NCBI RefSeq assembly: GCF_036321535.1
Contig: NC_087437.1
Coordinates: 81,408,001-81,472,000 of the forward strand
DNA from: Camelus dromedarius
Taxonomy: Eukaryota
Length of the DNA stretch: 64,000 nt
Reading direction: 5' to 3'
Made by a program: the position numbers and the translations under genes
Notes under the pieces: generated by a model
What the model was told of the DNA's origin: nothing
The model's database searches: none
What the model saw: only the letters and a program-made list of their open reading frames with translations
Shown: in pieces, positions 25,687 to 37,909 of the stretch
Position numbering within the stretch: position 1 is the first letter of the stretch
Layout: every line of letters begins with the position of its first letter

Positions 25687-27260
25687 TGTCTAATTGTTAT
25701 TCATTTTTTAAGGTTTTTTTTTACCTGATGCTCTGCAGTTTTACCGCGATATGGATTTGTTTTTGTTTTCCTTGCTTCAAATTCAGTCACTCTTCAAAGA
25801 AAATTCTTACTTGTTCCAATTTTGTCTCTCCCATATTCTCTGTTATCTGGAATTTCTGGGGGATCCTGTTGAAATTTAGCCTTATATACATCAAGTTTCC
25901 TAGTCTTATTTCTTAGTTAACAATTCTTTATATTGCTCTATTGCAGTATAGGTAATTTCTTCAGATTTTCTTCCATCTCCCTAGTTCTCTCTTTAATAAT
26001 TTCTAACCTTTTAAATCTACTCATTAATTTTTTTTATTATTATCACTTTATTTTTCATTAAAGAAGTACTATTTGGTTCTTTTTCAAATTCTATCTTTTT
26101 AAAAGTACTTTTTCTTTTATTGTGATTTTCCTTCTGTATTTTTAACTTTTAAACCATTTTTAAAATATTTTATATTCTCTTTCAGATGGTTTTGTTATAT
26201 ACAGTTCAGGAAGGGTTAATCCTGTTGGCTGCATTTCATGTCTCTCCATCGTGGTTCATTTGTAATTTTGGACTGTAAATTCACCTTTATCTTATTTATT
26301 GTTCTTCCATGAGAGTTTTATGGATTCTATTTGTGACAATATTTCCAAAGAAAATGTCGTGATGACTTCTGTTCTGATCTTGGGGTACCATCAGTAGTTG
26401 TCAACCTAGTTTCAGGATAATGTCTCACTGGGGCTTTCTGCACTGAAGGTAAGACAAGTGCAGATTCTGTAGCCTGGGGTTTCAATTACTCGTAATGACT
26501 TTTTTTTTTCTTTTCCTACTCTTGTCCCTGAACAGATGATAGAGCTATTTAATGCTTCTCTGGGTTAGTGAGCAGAACTTTTCTAATCTCCTTTTCATGG
26601 TTGAAGCAACTTTTTAAGGCTTCAGGGTTTATCCCTGTGGTTCTGGTCCAGCTTTTCCACTTCACACAGGATGGAAGTCATGCTTCCTATGACCATGTGT
26701 GCCTTGAAGCCACAGCCCCCAGACTCTAGGGCTTATGCCAATGTCTGCCCACCTTTAGGGTATTGATTTTCTCTTTGTTTATAACACCTGGAATTTCCCT
26801 TCAAGACAGAAAGCCTGCTATATTTTTGAATTATTTTTACATTTTATTCATAATTTGTTTATATATGTTTATGTTTATAAACAGGAAAGACATCTATCCA
26901 TGTCTACGCAAGTCTGCCTTTTTGCCATTACTCAAGAATCACATCTTATACTTACTGAGTATTCTGACTTCCTTTAGAGAAGGGCTACAGCTCCTATCTC
27001 CAGGTCCTAGCACAATGCCAGATGCATAGAAAGTACCTGACAAATATTTGCTGTCTGGCTTATTTGCCACTTACATTTTGTTTGAGAACATCAAGCCCAG
27101 GCTCGACTGTCCACTTCTCAGTTATAATCACATTTTAACACCTTGTGCTCCCCAGTTCAGGGCCCTATCCTCTGAAATACCTGAATTACCCACAAAATAT
27201 AGCAAAAGTAGTATTAGTATTTTTAAGCCACTGTGTTTTAAGTAAAGAAAATCACACCCA

Positions 27261-27790
27261 CAGATGACTGGATAAAGAAATTTTAGCATATTTATACAAT
27301 GGAATACTACTCAGCCATAAAAAAAGAATAAAATAGTGCCTTTTGCAGCAACATGAATGGACCTGGAGATCGTCATTCTAAGTGAAGTAAGCCAGAAAGA
27401 GAAAGAAAAATACCACATGATATCACTTATATGTGGCATCTTAAAAGGAAAAAAAAGACACAAATGAACTTATTTACAAAACAGAAACAGACTCAGAGAC
27501 ATAGAAAACAAACTCATGGTTACCAGGGGGGAAGGGGTTGGGAAGGGGTAAATTGGGAGTTCAAGATTTGTACATACTAACTACTATATATTAAATATAT
27601 AAACAACAAGTTTTTCTGTATAGCACAGGAAACTATATTCAATATCTTGTAGTAACCTATAATGAAAAAGAACATGAAAACAAATATATATATGTATATG
27701 TATGACTGAAGCATTATGCTGCACACCGATTATTGATACAACATTGTAAACTGACTATACTTGAATTTAAAAAATAAATAAATTTTCAAA
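27261..27790 (+). mobile_element. Young L1 3' fragment (530 bp)
   Basis: TSD aaagaaa(a/g)tcacaccca at 27244-27260 and 27791-27807. Confidence 0.9.
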
Positions 27791-29271
27791 AAAGAAAGTC
27801 ACACCCAGAAAGATTAAGTGGCTTGTTTATATCCTAGAACTACTTTCTTAGAATTATGGACTCACCAAACTGAGAACAGCTGTTCATTAGCCCAGCTTCC
27901 TCATTCTACATAAAGAATATGTAGAGAGTACATTCTCCGTAAAGAGTAACACTTTGCAGATGAATAATTGCTTGGTAGCTGAGTGGGGACTAGAATTCAG
28001 GTCTCTTGGTTAGTGATCAGGGGCTCCTGGTCCTTCTCGCTGTGGCCACCTTCACCACAGGGGTAACAGGAGAGTGAGCATCAGCGTCATTTTACCTGAG
28101 GATCCGTATGCTGGAACACATTTAATAGCAGTATTTTTCTTTTACAACACCAATGTGATGATAATAATATTTCCTCACATTCTTTTAAATTGTAACAAGT
28201 AATATTTCCATAAATACTAGCCCTATTTTAACATCTTTCCTATACATCATGGAACATTAAATGCAGGACGTATATGACACTCACACTTCCTGTTGCTTGA
28301 AAAAGTAGCATAAAATATTAAAAATTCCAAATGGAAAACATGAATTGCATTTCTTCTCCCAAACTAGACAAAATTAGAATCTATTTTGAAAATTCTAGTT
28401 TGATTGAGTGGGAGAATAAAAATACCTTTCCTTACTCAAAGACATGTCTGGCTCAGAGTCTCCAGGGCTTTAAAAATCCAGGCAACTGTCATTTGTCCCA
28501 GGCCAGGAATTTGACATATTTGGGTGAAGATAAAGTTCACTCTTAAATGAGAGGACAGTGTTTATGTAAGTTTATTCCCTTGTGGGAAGAAAATTACCTA
28601 AAAATTTTCAATGAAATACATAGTCTTTACTTAAGGTAAAGGTTGTTCAGTATTAACTACCTGTTTACATATTCTGATAAACCAGTTAACTGTTTTAATA
28701 AAAGTTTCCCCAATGGTCTAGTAAAGTAAAAACATTGAAAAATAGATGCAGGAAGATATGACAGTTCTTAGAACTGTTTCTTTTTCTGTTTTGAGCTAGT
28801 CAGCTGAACTTAATGATTAAACCTATTGTAGACCTTCAATTTGATAAGTTGAGTTTCGATCCAAAGGTCCATTCTAGGTCAGTGCTATCCTTTTGGGGTG
28901 TAAATCAGGGAGTGGAGCAAACTGTGTGCTAAATTACCTAAAAATTCTTAAATTAAAAATACTAGCAAACATTTATTGAGTGGTTGCAGAGTACCAGAAA
29001 TCATCCTAAACCTGTAAATGTATTAACTATTTAATTCTCATAATAGCCTGATAAGGCAGGGTTTAGTATTACTCCCACAATAGGAAAACTGAAGCACAAA
29101 AATTTTGAGTAATTCGGTCAAGTTTACTCAGTAAGTAGCAGAAGCATTGGGATTTGAATGAGGCTTCATAGCTTTCTCCTCTCTTACTCATGTAGTTTTT
29201 TTCCCCAACTCTCACGTACACACTCTTCATCACCATGTTTCACACAAATGTTCTTCAGTAACATATGTTAC

Positions 29272-29923
29272 TGTTAGAGCAGGCAGATAACTAGATATGA
29301 GCAGAGAAGGGGGAACGCAGGCCAAATGGCAGGATTTGGGCAGAAAGGAGGAGCATGGGCCAAAAGCAGGAAACCACACACCATGTAAGCACCAGGTCCT
29401 TAGATAGAAAAAGAAAAGCAGGAACCTCTGGGCTAAGTGGTCACACTTTTGGGGGTGATGAGTAGCCTGGAGGCCAACCAAGAAATGTGGAAAACGTTAG
29501 GAATCTATAGTGTCTGAATGTAACCTTCTGCTCATTATGCCCTCATTTCAATAAAACTAGCCCTGCAGATTAGAAGTACCCGTCATACACTGATGCCATG
29601 ACACTTCTGATCCAGACTAAATAAGGACAAAAATCCCTCCTTCCTTGGGGAAGGTGGAGTTAGGGTGAAAATCAGGGAGCACGACCCCAAACCCTTCCCT
29701 CCACAATGAAAATTCCACCTATTCATGTTTACAGCCTATATAACCAGCTTACCAAAGAAACTCAGGGCAGCTGCTCACCTGAGCCTGCTCGCTCTCCCCT
29801 TGAGAGTGTAACAACTATTCCTTAATATATCCCCACTTCACTTTCTTAACCTACATGTCCCATCTCTGAATTCTTTCTGGGGCGGGACAAGAACCTGGAC
29901 ACTGGTTACATCCACCAGCAACA
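29272..29923 (+). mobile_element. ERV1-class solo LTR (652 bp)
   Basis: TGTT...AACA termini, 4-bp TSD ttac (29268-29271 and 29924-29927), TATATAA at 29737-29743. Confidence 0.85.
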
Positions 29924-29927
29924 TTAC

Positions 29928-30465
29928 CAAGGACCACGGATGGGGTGTAGTGCCAACTGGTGCGTGTGGAGGCCCTGTGATCCCCAGCCTTCCAGCCCTT
30001 AGGCAACTGCCTGCTCCTCTTTGGGAGATAAACTCCTGGCAGGTGTTTGCCTTAGCAAATCGACAGCCCTGAAATAACTAGCCTCCCCATAGCTCAGGCT
30101 GACTTGTCTCAACCCATGTCTCCTCCTTATCAGAATCATAAATTCCACTGCCTTGCTTGTGTTAGTCCATGTCTCCATCTTACTGGAGTCATAAATCCAC
30201 TATCCTCCACATGTCAAAGCCCCTTACCTCATTTATAGCCAGTCAGAAGTCTGTTCCCCTATTCCTTTGGGTTCAAAGCCCCTTCCTCAATAAAAGACCC
30301 TGTACGTTCACACTTGGTGGACACGCATGAAACTCTTGCCTATGTGGCCTGCTGTTGCCTGTAGCAGCAAACCTATTAAACATTCCTTTGTTCTTAAACT
30401 TTCCCTTGCCTTTGGTAAATTCTTTTTACCAACCTGCGTCACCAGCCCAGCTGTGTCCCCCAACA
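29928..30465 (+). mobile_element. Older LTR, MER74/MER73-like; its first 6 bp appear to lie at 29266-29271
   Basis: Rejoined start tgttac|caaggaccacgg, internal repeats, attaaa, ggtaaattctttttacc, end caaca. Confidence 0.55.
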
Positions 30466-31507
30466 TGGGGTTGTATTCAGAATTCCAACTAAAAATATTT
30501 AATACCTGGAAATCAAGGAAAAATCCCATAAGCCAATGTTCTAGCCTCTTTAGTTAAGAAAATGACTTTAAAAATTAGACCAGCAACTTAAACACCAGTA
30601 ATTCTGATGTTAAAATAATTCACGCCCCTCAGCCAATTACACAACAAAATCTCTTCCAAAAACAGAAACAAAAACACTTCCCTTTCATAGGAATTATTTT
30701 TCTTGATTTAGCAAGTGATTATAAGAGGGCATAAGACAGGAAATTGATAAAGGAGCGGAAGAGAGATTTACAATAGCAGGATTAAGACTAAATAACGCTA
30801 CAGCTGCCTAAAACCCAACTTCTTCCATCCTGAAAACACTTCTCTGGACTTTTTTTCAACCCCAAAATACCACCTGTCCTCCAGAAAGAGTCAGATGAGT
30901 TTGATTTATATCATGTTGGCTCTTGAGGGAGTACTGCGATTGAGTAAAATGAAAGCCAAGTATCTATAACATGGGTATAATAGTAACTACCTCAAAGGTG
31001 GTTGTCAGGATTAAATGAGATAAGACGCGTGAAGTTTTTAGCATAGTACCTAGGATACGATAAAAACAAAACAAAAAACCCCTCAATTGTACATTTTATA
31101 ATAATGAAATACACAAATAGCATACAGCCACATTAATGTTCATTCTATACTCAACCAATAGCAGCTTTGATTCAAATTGAAAGTTACTTAGAGCAGAATT
31201 TAAAATTTTTTCTATTTTTTTACAGGGAGGCCATTACTTTTTCATAAAAAAAGAGAAAGACATAATTTTTATATAAACATATTAATCATAAATAATATAA
31301 ACATATTATTTATACTGAAAATAAATTTTGAATGTGATAAAATTAACTTACCCCAAATTGTATGTGTATGTGTTCATGTATATTTTTATAGCTTTCATCA
31401 GTTTCTCAGAGATATCCATGACCCTCTCCTTAACAAATAAATTTAAAAGCAATTCATCTCCATACCCAGACAAAGAAAGCAAAGCAAGACTATTCAATAC
31501 TTACATG

Positions 31508-32429
31508 TGCCAACTAAAAATTGGCACCTGCCATCTGCCTCTTTAAGGATTAAGTCAGAAGCCACTGCAGTCACTGACTTTCAACACATCCTGACAGGAG
31601 TCCAGGGTGGAGATCAGGGATGAGGCACTCCGTGCTCTGGGGAAAACTGGCAGAATAGGCCCTCAGATAGATATTTTTGTAACCGAGCAGGACCCTGTGG
31701 GGCCTTCCTGGGACAGACCTCTCCCCCATAACCTCTGCTGTATGTCCTCTCTTCTAATAGTATCTCATGTATATTTCCTGAGTTTTTCAGATGCTAAAAA
31801 CCACTACCAAAGGGAATAAGTTAACTACTTGATGATAGAGAGCAAGTAGCTCCAGACCTTCTGGCGCCTATGGATTGATAGTGTTGACTTCCCTGTTACC
31901 TCAACATCAACCAAGCTGAGAATTTTGCACAGCTGATCACTACCCTGTGACTTCCCTTCCTTACCTGGCCTTTAAATATGCTTTGCTGAAACACTTCGGG
32001 GAGTTTGGGGTTTTCTTGGGCATGAGCCACCCCGTCCTCCTTGCTCGGCCCTGCAATAAACATTTCTCCGCTCCAAACTCTGACATTTCAGTCTGCTTGG
32101 CCTCATGGTGTGTCAAGAACAAAAACTTGCCTTCTGTAACATTTTCAGGAGATTTTTATGAGCCCAAATTCTTGTATCTCCTCATATCTAGAAAAGCACT
32201 GAAATTGTTAATGGTGATATCTGCTCCTCATGACTAGCAGCGAGCCTCTGCCTAAATGTGTGCTTGACTGCACGTCCCTCCCTTCACTTAAGTCATATAT
32301 ATACTGGCTTTCCCCACTGCCTTAGAGCTGTCTGAGATGCTGTCTCCTGGGCTGTACTCCTCATTTTGCCCCAAATTAAACTTAACACACAGCTCTCAAG
32401 TTGTGCTTTTTTTTTTTTTCCAGCAGACA
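31508..32429 (+). mobile_element. ERV1 solo LTR (MER41-like), host of a nested LTR
   Basis: TG...CA termini with TSD catg at 31504-31507 and 32430-32433; family assignment from recalled 3' motifs. Confidence 0.75.
31678..32141 (+). mobile_element. Nested ERV1 solo LTR (464 bp)
   Basis: TGTAAC...GTAACA termini, TSD tttt, AATAAA at 32055-32060. Confidence 0.85.
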
Positions 32430-32829
32430 CATGAGATGGGATGAGATGGGATGGAAAGGGGCAGACGAGAGTGGAGTGGGATGGACCAGAATTTACCAAC
32501 TAAGACAAAATCTGAAACAATGTGTAAGGCAAAACAGTAACAGCACTCAATACTCACTTTCTCTCTAAATGACAGCAATAACCCCCTCCTTTTCTGCTGG
32601 GTTTACCCCCAAACCGAGGGATGTTCCCTTATGTAAAGAGCCACCAGAAAAAAATTTACTTAGAACAAGGAAGTGTTTGTCTTTTCTGTGGAGCTGGTAT
32701 GCTGTTATGGTTAACCATGGGTTCTTCGTTATTTTTTATCATGGCATTTTGGGTCTTAGTCCTCAGGAAGCACAGGGTATGTTTTGTATTTATTTTTAGC
32801 AACTCCTTCTAGCCTTTGACTTTCATATG

Positions 32830-32987
32830 CTTTTTTTAAATTGAAGTATAGTCATTTACAATGTGTCAGTTTCTGGTGTACAGCACAATGTCCCAGTCAT
32901 GCATATATCTATACATATATTCATTTTCGTATTCTTTTTCATTAAAAGTTATTACAAGATATTGGATGTGGTTTCCTGTGCTATACT
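32830..32987 (-). mobile_element. Short young L1 3' end
   Basis: tttttttaaattgaagtatagtca..ttcctgtgctatac, reverse complement of the L1 3' terminus. Confidence 0.8.
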
Positions 32988-34006
32988 TTCTATCCCCTAC
33001 TTTGTCCTCTTCCTTATAATGTTTTTGTACTTTGATCCTTGTTTCAATGGTTCTATTGTACCTGTGTTCTTTACAAGTCACCACAAATTTCCCTTTAAAG
33101 TAGATGTCATTAAGGAAAAGAAAGAGGCAAGAGAGGGGGAAGACAGGAATATTTCTTTAAATATTTAAAGTATAACCTTTAAATAAGGCCTTATACATTT
33201 AGCAGCCTCAACAGGGTAAAACTTGAAGTTCATAGTTTTTTTTTAAACCTCAAACTATTTTACAAACCTTAAATAAACAAAAACACATTCTCCCCAACTT
33301 TAATTTTCATTGTTTTTGTTCTGATAAATTTTCTTTTGCTAGTTCTCTAAATCCTATTAATACAGTATTCTCTACATGTATTTCTTTAGGGAAAAAAATA
33401 CCCAGATCCATTCTCAGCTACCACTCCATCAGCAGCCAATATATTTGACTTCTTTTGTCTTCAACAGTGAATCTTCCCAGCCTTGCATCGTGCTCCTGCT
33501 GGTTCCCCCAACCTTCTGTCCTCCACAGTTACCTCTCCTGCCCTTTCTTGATGGGCATTATTTACCCTTATTTACTCAGTTTCACTAGAACTGTCTCTGT
33601 GTTTTACAAAAGGGATTGCTCGGCACACCAGGCTTTGAAGTCCTTTATGTCCAACCCCTCAGGGAACAAGGGAGCCAGTATTACGTTGTGGAAACTCTCT
33701 GTTATGAGTTTCTGGGGACTTTCCTGTAATATCAATGTTGCACACCATTCGTCCGCCCTCATGCCCCCTTTCCCAGGGTCAGCTCTAGCAGACAGCAAGT
33801 GACTGGCAAATACTTGTTGAATAACCAGGAAAATTGTTTTCTAAATGATCTTAACTTTCAAGTCGTTTTCTACAGCTGAAAAGTTGGAACTTTGTGTGCA
33901 AAATATAAGATTGTTTCATTTACAATCCTAGTGAAAACATTCCTAAACTACCTTCTTGAAATGAAATTTCATTCTGAGCATGTTTGGTTCTATGTGTACA
34001 TGGACT

Positions 34007-34007
<1 letters not shown>

Positions 34008-34034
<27 letters not shown>
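34008..34034. repeat. (TG)n microsatellite; a (CA)n tract follows at about 34195-34216
   Basis: Directly visible dinucleotide runs. Confidence 0.9.
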
Positions 34035-34039
<5 letters not shown>

Positions 34040-34393
34040 CCATAACTAATTTCCTTTCTTGGATTTAGCTAAACAAACATGAACAGATGTTACTAATGAT
34101 TTTAATTATTACTCTGCTATTCATTTAGTCAGGAGTTAAAAGAGCACGAAGAGGCCAATTCAGCCATGTCATTTGTCACCCTGCTCTCTCACACTCACAC
34201 ACACACACACACACACATTCATGTACACACAACCATATGCTAGCCATCAATTGACCCTCATCTTCTATATTGCATAAAACGTGGGCAGCCGCAGCCTAGA
34301 CATGTCACTTGCCAGTACTGGTGTGTCAGATGGCAGGGACAGAGGCTCAGCGCCTTCTCTTGCTCTGAGTTAAAACTGGCAGGACGACATTAC

Positions 34394-34508
34394 CTCTCTG
34401 GATCCTGATCACAGTCCTCCAGATGGCCAGTCCCAAAACGATGGCGGTCAGCAGCCCACACACAATGGCCACCAGTGCCTTAAGGTCACACGCACGGCAG
34501 GAAGCCAT
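34394..34508 (-). CDS. ADGRG7: ADGRG7 coding exon 1 (hydrophobic signal/anchor segment)
   Basis: ATG at 34508; MASCRACDLKALVAIVCGLLTAIVLGLAIWRTVIRIQR; donor G|GTAATG, phase 1. Confidence 0.96.
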
Positions 34509-34659
34509 AGGGAATCCAAACCGCAAATCCACTCCTGGGTTGAAAAACAACCAGCTTCTTTTCTTCCTGAGCCAAGAATTTAAATCAGAAACTATTTGAA
34601 AAAATAAAAAGAATTCCTTCTTTCAGGATTCTATCAGGCAGATGTCCTTATTTTTTAGG

Positions 34660-34875
34660 ATTCAGGAAGTTAATAAGGCAGGAGGCAGTTCAGATCACCT
34701 AATAAAAGGCACATACTCTGCTTGCAATTTCCTCGTTCTTTACTGAACGAGAACGTGAAAAAAGTGATTGGAGTTACGGGGAAAGGAAGATAACTCAGGG
34801 CAATAAAGGAGAAAGGGAGGGAATAGCTCCCAGGGTCAAAGTGTAAGCGTCCTGACAAGCAAGTGAGGAAGTGAA
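34660..34875 (-). promoter_or_regulatory. Candidate ADGRG7 proximal promoter
   Basis: AGATAA 34788-34793, GCAATAAA 34800-34807, GGGTCAAAGTGTA 34833-34845, GGAAGT cores near 34663 and 34865, all within 365 bp upstream of the ATG. TSS not determined. Confidence 0.55.
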
Positions 34876-35107
34876 CAAAAAAATTTAAAAAACAGAGAAG
34901 AAATTAAGGAGATGGTGAACCTGGTGGTCACCTCTGGCTCAGCTGCCTGTGTTTTGTTAGGATGCTCTAGCAGAGGTAGACCAGCAGGTGCTCCAACGAG
35001 AGGTCAAACAGTGACACCCACACCTGAGTCCAGTAAGGAGCCCTCACTTTGACAGCTACAGTGGTGAGTGAGCATTACTGGCATAGGGTCAGTTATGAAA
35101 ATCCATC

Positions 35108-35521
35108 CGTTATGGGCTGAATTGTGTCTCCCTAAAAATTCGTATGTTGAAGTCCTAACCCCTGGTACCCCAGAACAGGATCTTATGTGGAGACAGTCAT
35201 TACAGAAATAATCAAGTCAAAACGAGGTCACCAGAGTGGTCCCTAATCCAACATGACTGGTATTCTTATAGTAAAAGGAAATTTGGGCACATGTACACAC
35301 AGAGGGAAGAGGAGGATGGGAAGAGACACAGGGAGAAGACAGCCGTCTACAAGCTAAGAAAAAAGAATGGGAACAGATCCTTCCCTCCTAGCCCCTAGAA
35401 GGAGTGGACGCTGCCAATGGCTTGATTTTGGACTTGGTCTCCAGAACAGTGAGAGAGATTTCTGTTGTTTAGGCCACTCAGCTGTAGCACTTTGTTACAA
35501 CACCTCTCGAAAACGAATCCA
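35108..35521 (+). mobile_element. MLT1B-like MaLR LTR
   Basis: gttatgggctgaattgtgtc..gttgaagtcctaaccc; near-identical 5-bp TSD ccatc/tcatc. Confidence 0.85.
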
Positions 35522-35611
35522 TCATCTGAGTCACTGTCAGCTGGTGTCTCTGTAGCTGCAGTTCTGACTCTCTCCTGCCCAGGGACCCGTGTTCTTCTCT
35601 GTCCCTTCTCC

Positions 35612-35725
35612 ATCGAAGGAAGGAAGAGAGAGAGAGATAGAGAGAGGGTAAGAGAGAAAGAAAAAAGAAAAGAAAGAAAGAAAGATGGAGGGAAGGAAGG
35701 AAGGAAGAGAAAGAAGAAAGAAAGA
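35612..35725. repeat. GA-rich low-complexity repeat
   Basis: gaag, gaga and gaaa runs. Confidence 0.85.
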
Positions 35726-36874
35726 ATATTTACTTTCTCAATTAGTGTTCTGTTCCTCGTGGATGAGGAGAGGTTTTACAAAAGAGGACACATTTAAGCC
35801 TACTTTTTTCAACCCCCAAACAACTATATATTTTTCCCTACTCTCTATAACCCTCACTTCACCAAAGTAAAGCTCAGGGAACATGCACATTAAGTTCTAA
35901 CCTTTACCTCACCCAGGGGTTTCAGAAAAACATATTGGTGTCCCCAGAATGGAAAAACTTAGCGGCAATGTTGCAGAGGCACAAAGTAAATGAAAGTGAA
36001 TCCATTATCTCATTTACTGTGAATACATTTAAAAATATCTGTTTCTGAGATGTCTACATGTATATGCACAGAGAATGTGCACATTAAAAATTCCTTTTGA
36101 GAAACTATGGGATCTGTGGAGAAATGTATTTTTCATTTTACCCCCCTTTATGATTTGAAGCTTTCACGTTATGCATTTATTATTTTTCAATTATTATAAG
36201 AATAAATATATCTATTATTTCTTTAATAACAAAGGGAACCATTTTTAATAAATAATAAATGTAAGAAAAAGAATACCAAGTCCTGTGCTATGCACTTTTT
36301 ACGTCTCTTTATCTCCTTTGTAAGTATGTACAGTAGCCCCGTGGAACAGACACTTTTGCCCACTGCATGACAAAATGAGGCTTGGGCCTTCATTTCTCTA
36401 AACAGGAGCTCTGTGGTGAAGGAAATTTTGGTGACACTAGATTACATAAAGGTAACTGTTTTCTTCAACTCCAGGATTTCTCAGAGCCTTTCACATGCTG
36501 GTAGACCTTGTGAACTGTGACGTTCCCAGCATTATTTGACCACAGAATCCTCTTCCTGAGAAGAATCTCTCAGAGATAGTGTTCTGAGGAAGATGCTTTG
36601 AAAACATGAGCATCTGCAGGATGGTCTTAGCTGAAGAGCGCGACCGCAGGCACTGGCCGTGAGGCCCGTGCTTGCCGTTCGCTGATGGCGTCCGTCTCGC
36701 GTAGGGTTCCAGAGGTTTGGAAGGAGTTGTGCTCTGGTGACCGGGAAGCTGACTTTGGTGGTGCTCAGACATTTTCCGTCCCACACTAGATGGACGGACA
36801 GGAATCCTGGGAGGCACAATGGCTCTAGCTTTTTCCCCAGGTGCTCCCAGAGCCTGGAAGCAGTTACATCCAGT

Positions 36875-37260
36875 TAGCAGTTAGCACACCTAAAGCCCAG
36901 GTACTGATTCCGAAAAACAAATCTCCACTAAAAGGAACATGGCTCCTTGGGAAAATGGCCATTTCCAAGACTGGGGCAGGCAAAGTCCAAGAGGAGCCTA
37001 GAATATTTTGTGCCAGAAAGGAAAAAAGTGTTCAAAGGGTGATGGGTACATATCAAGTGGTTTCTGAATCCAGCATGAAGAGACCCTCCATTGTCAAATG
37101 GGGAGCATTTTGAGTGTCAAAATAAATGATCCTTATAAAAGATTATAATCCATTAAAGAAAACAGGAAATCTACTGAATCTGAAACTCTGAGAGTGGGGC
37201 CCAGCAATCTGTGTTTTTACTAGTCCTCCAACTTGATGTTCACTGATGTTGGGTAACCAC
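36875..37260 (+). mobile_element. L1MC/L1MD 3' fragment followed by a MER5A fragment
   Basis: ctccactaaaaggaac..ggctccttgggaaaatgg; tactgaatctgaaactctg..gtggggcccagcaatctgtgtttt. Confidence 0.6.
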
Positions 37261-37869
37261 CGTTTAGGGTAATTCTCCCAAAGGGAGTGAGTCAAGTTTG
37301 CAGTTGGCCAGCAAATGGCAGGAGATTACAGGGCTTCCTCATGTAACAGGACAAGATTTGTTAATGCTTATGGGAGATCTCATGGCTTTAAAGATCGCCA
37401 CATAGTCAGATAAGTGTGCTAAAATTCCCAAGGAGCCTCTATTTTTGTCATCTGTGAAACTACCATTCTGTTGTATCTTGATTCATTTATTTAACCAGAT
37501 TTTCAATGAGTTTATCCCCAGGAGCATCCAAACGTTCTAAAATCCCTTTCATTTCCCTACCATCTGGGCTGTGACCACCAACAGAGAGTTAAGTACACAG
37601 AAGCCTGCTTACCTTACCTCCCGTGTCATCTGTGACAAAGGCCAATCTCAACTCCCCCACCTGTTATACCTTAGAGATGAGTTTCCGAGTTTCTCCATTG
37701 GAAAACCTCCCAGCGGCATTTGCTACCCCTTAATTAGGGAAAACTCTGAGCTGCTGCTAATGGAGAAACCCTTGAATCACCTATTCGTGTATCTGTATAA
37801 CCCTACCACCCTCTGTTTCTACCTGGTGGTCATTGGAGGGCAGGGAGAAAGTTATCAATTAAAAACCAA

Positions 37870-37909
<40 letters not shown>

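Larger units (their letters stand above)
22540..26900 (-). mobile_element. Old L1ME-type fragments interrupted by MER2 and the ATP6V1D retrocopy
   Basis: T-rich reverse ORF2/ORF1 phrases (tctgatattaatattgctaacccagctttcttttgg; tggcgtcactttgagaatattatcccactg). Confidence 0.6.
2257..34508 (-). other. ADGRG7: ADGRG7 (GPR128) gene model, coding exons 1-7; partial, continues beyond window start
   Basis: Exons of 115, 114, 105, 113, 150, 101 and 143 bp with GT-AG sites splice in frame (841 nt, no stops). The protein begins MASCRACDLKALVAIVCGLL and includes FCRNGGTWENGRCIC, matching the recalled ADGRG7 N-terminus. TMEM45A-ADGRG7 is the known mammalian gene order. Confidence 0.96.

Noticed and set aside
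13263..34393. Trace of the TFG-ADGRG7 fusion known from human duplications
   Set aside because: No TFG-like exon seen; exon 1 and exon 2 are in normal order.
34509..34550. N-terminal extension of ADGRG7 from an upstream TTG
   Set aside because: No upstream in-frame ATG; the ATG at 34508 matches the recalled orthologous start.
35465..35870. R/E/K-rich ORFs
   Set aside because: Translation of the GA-rich simple repeat.
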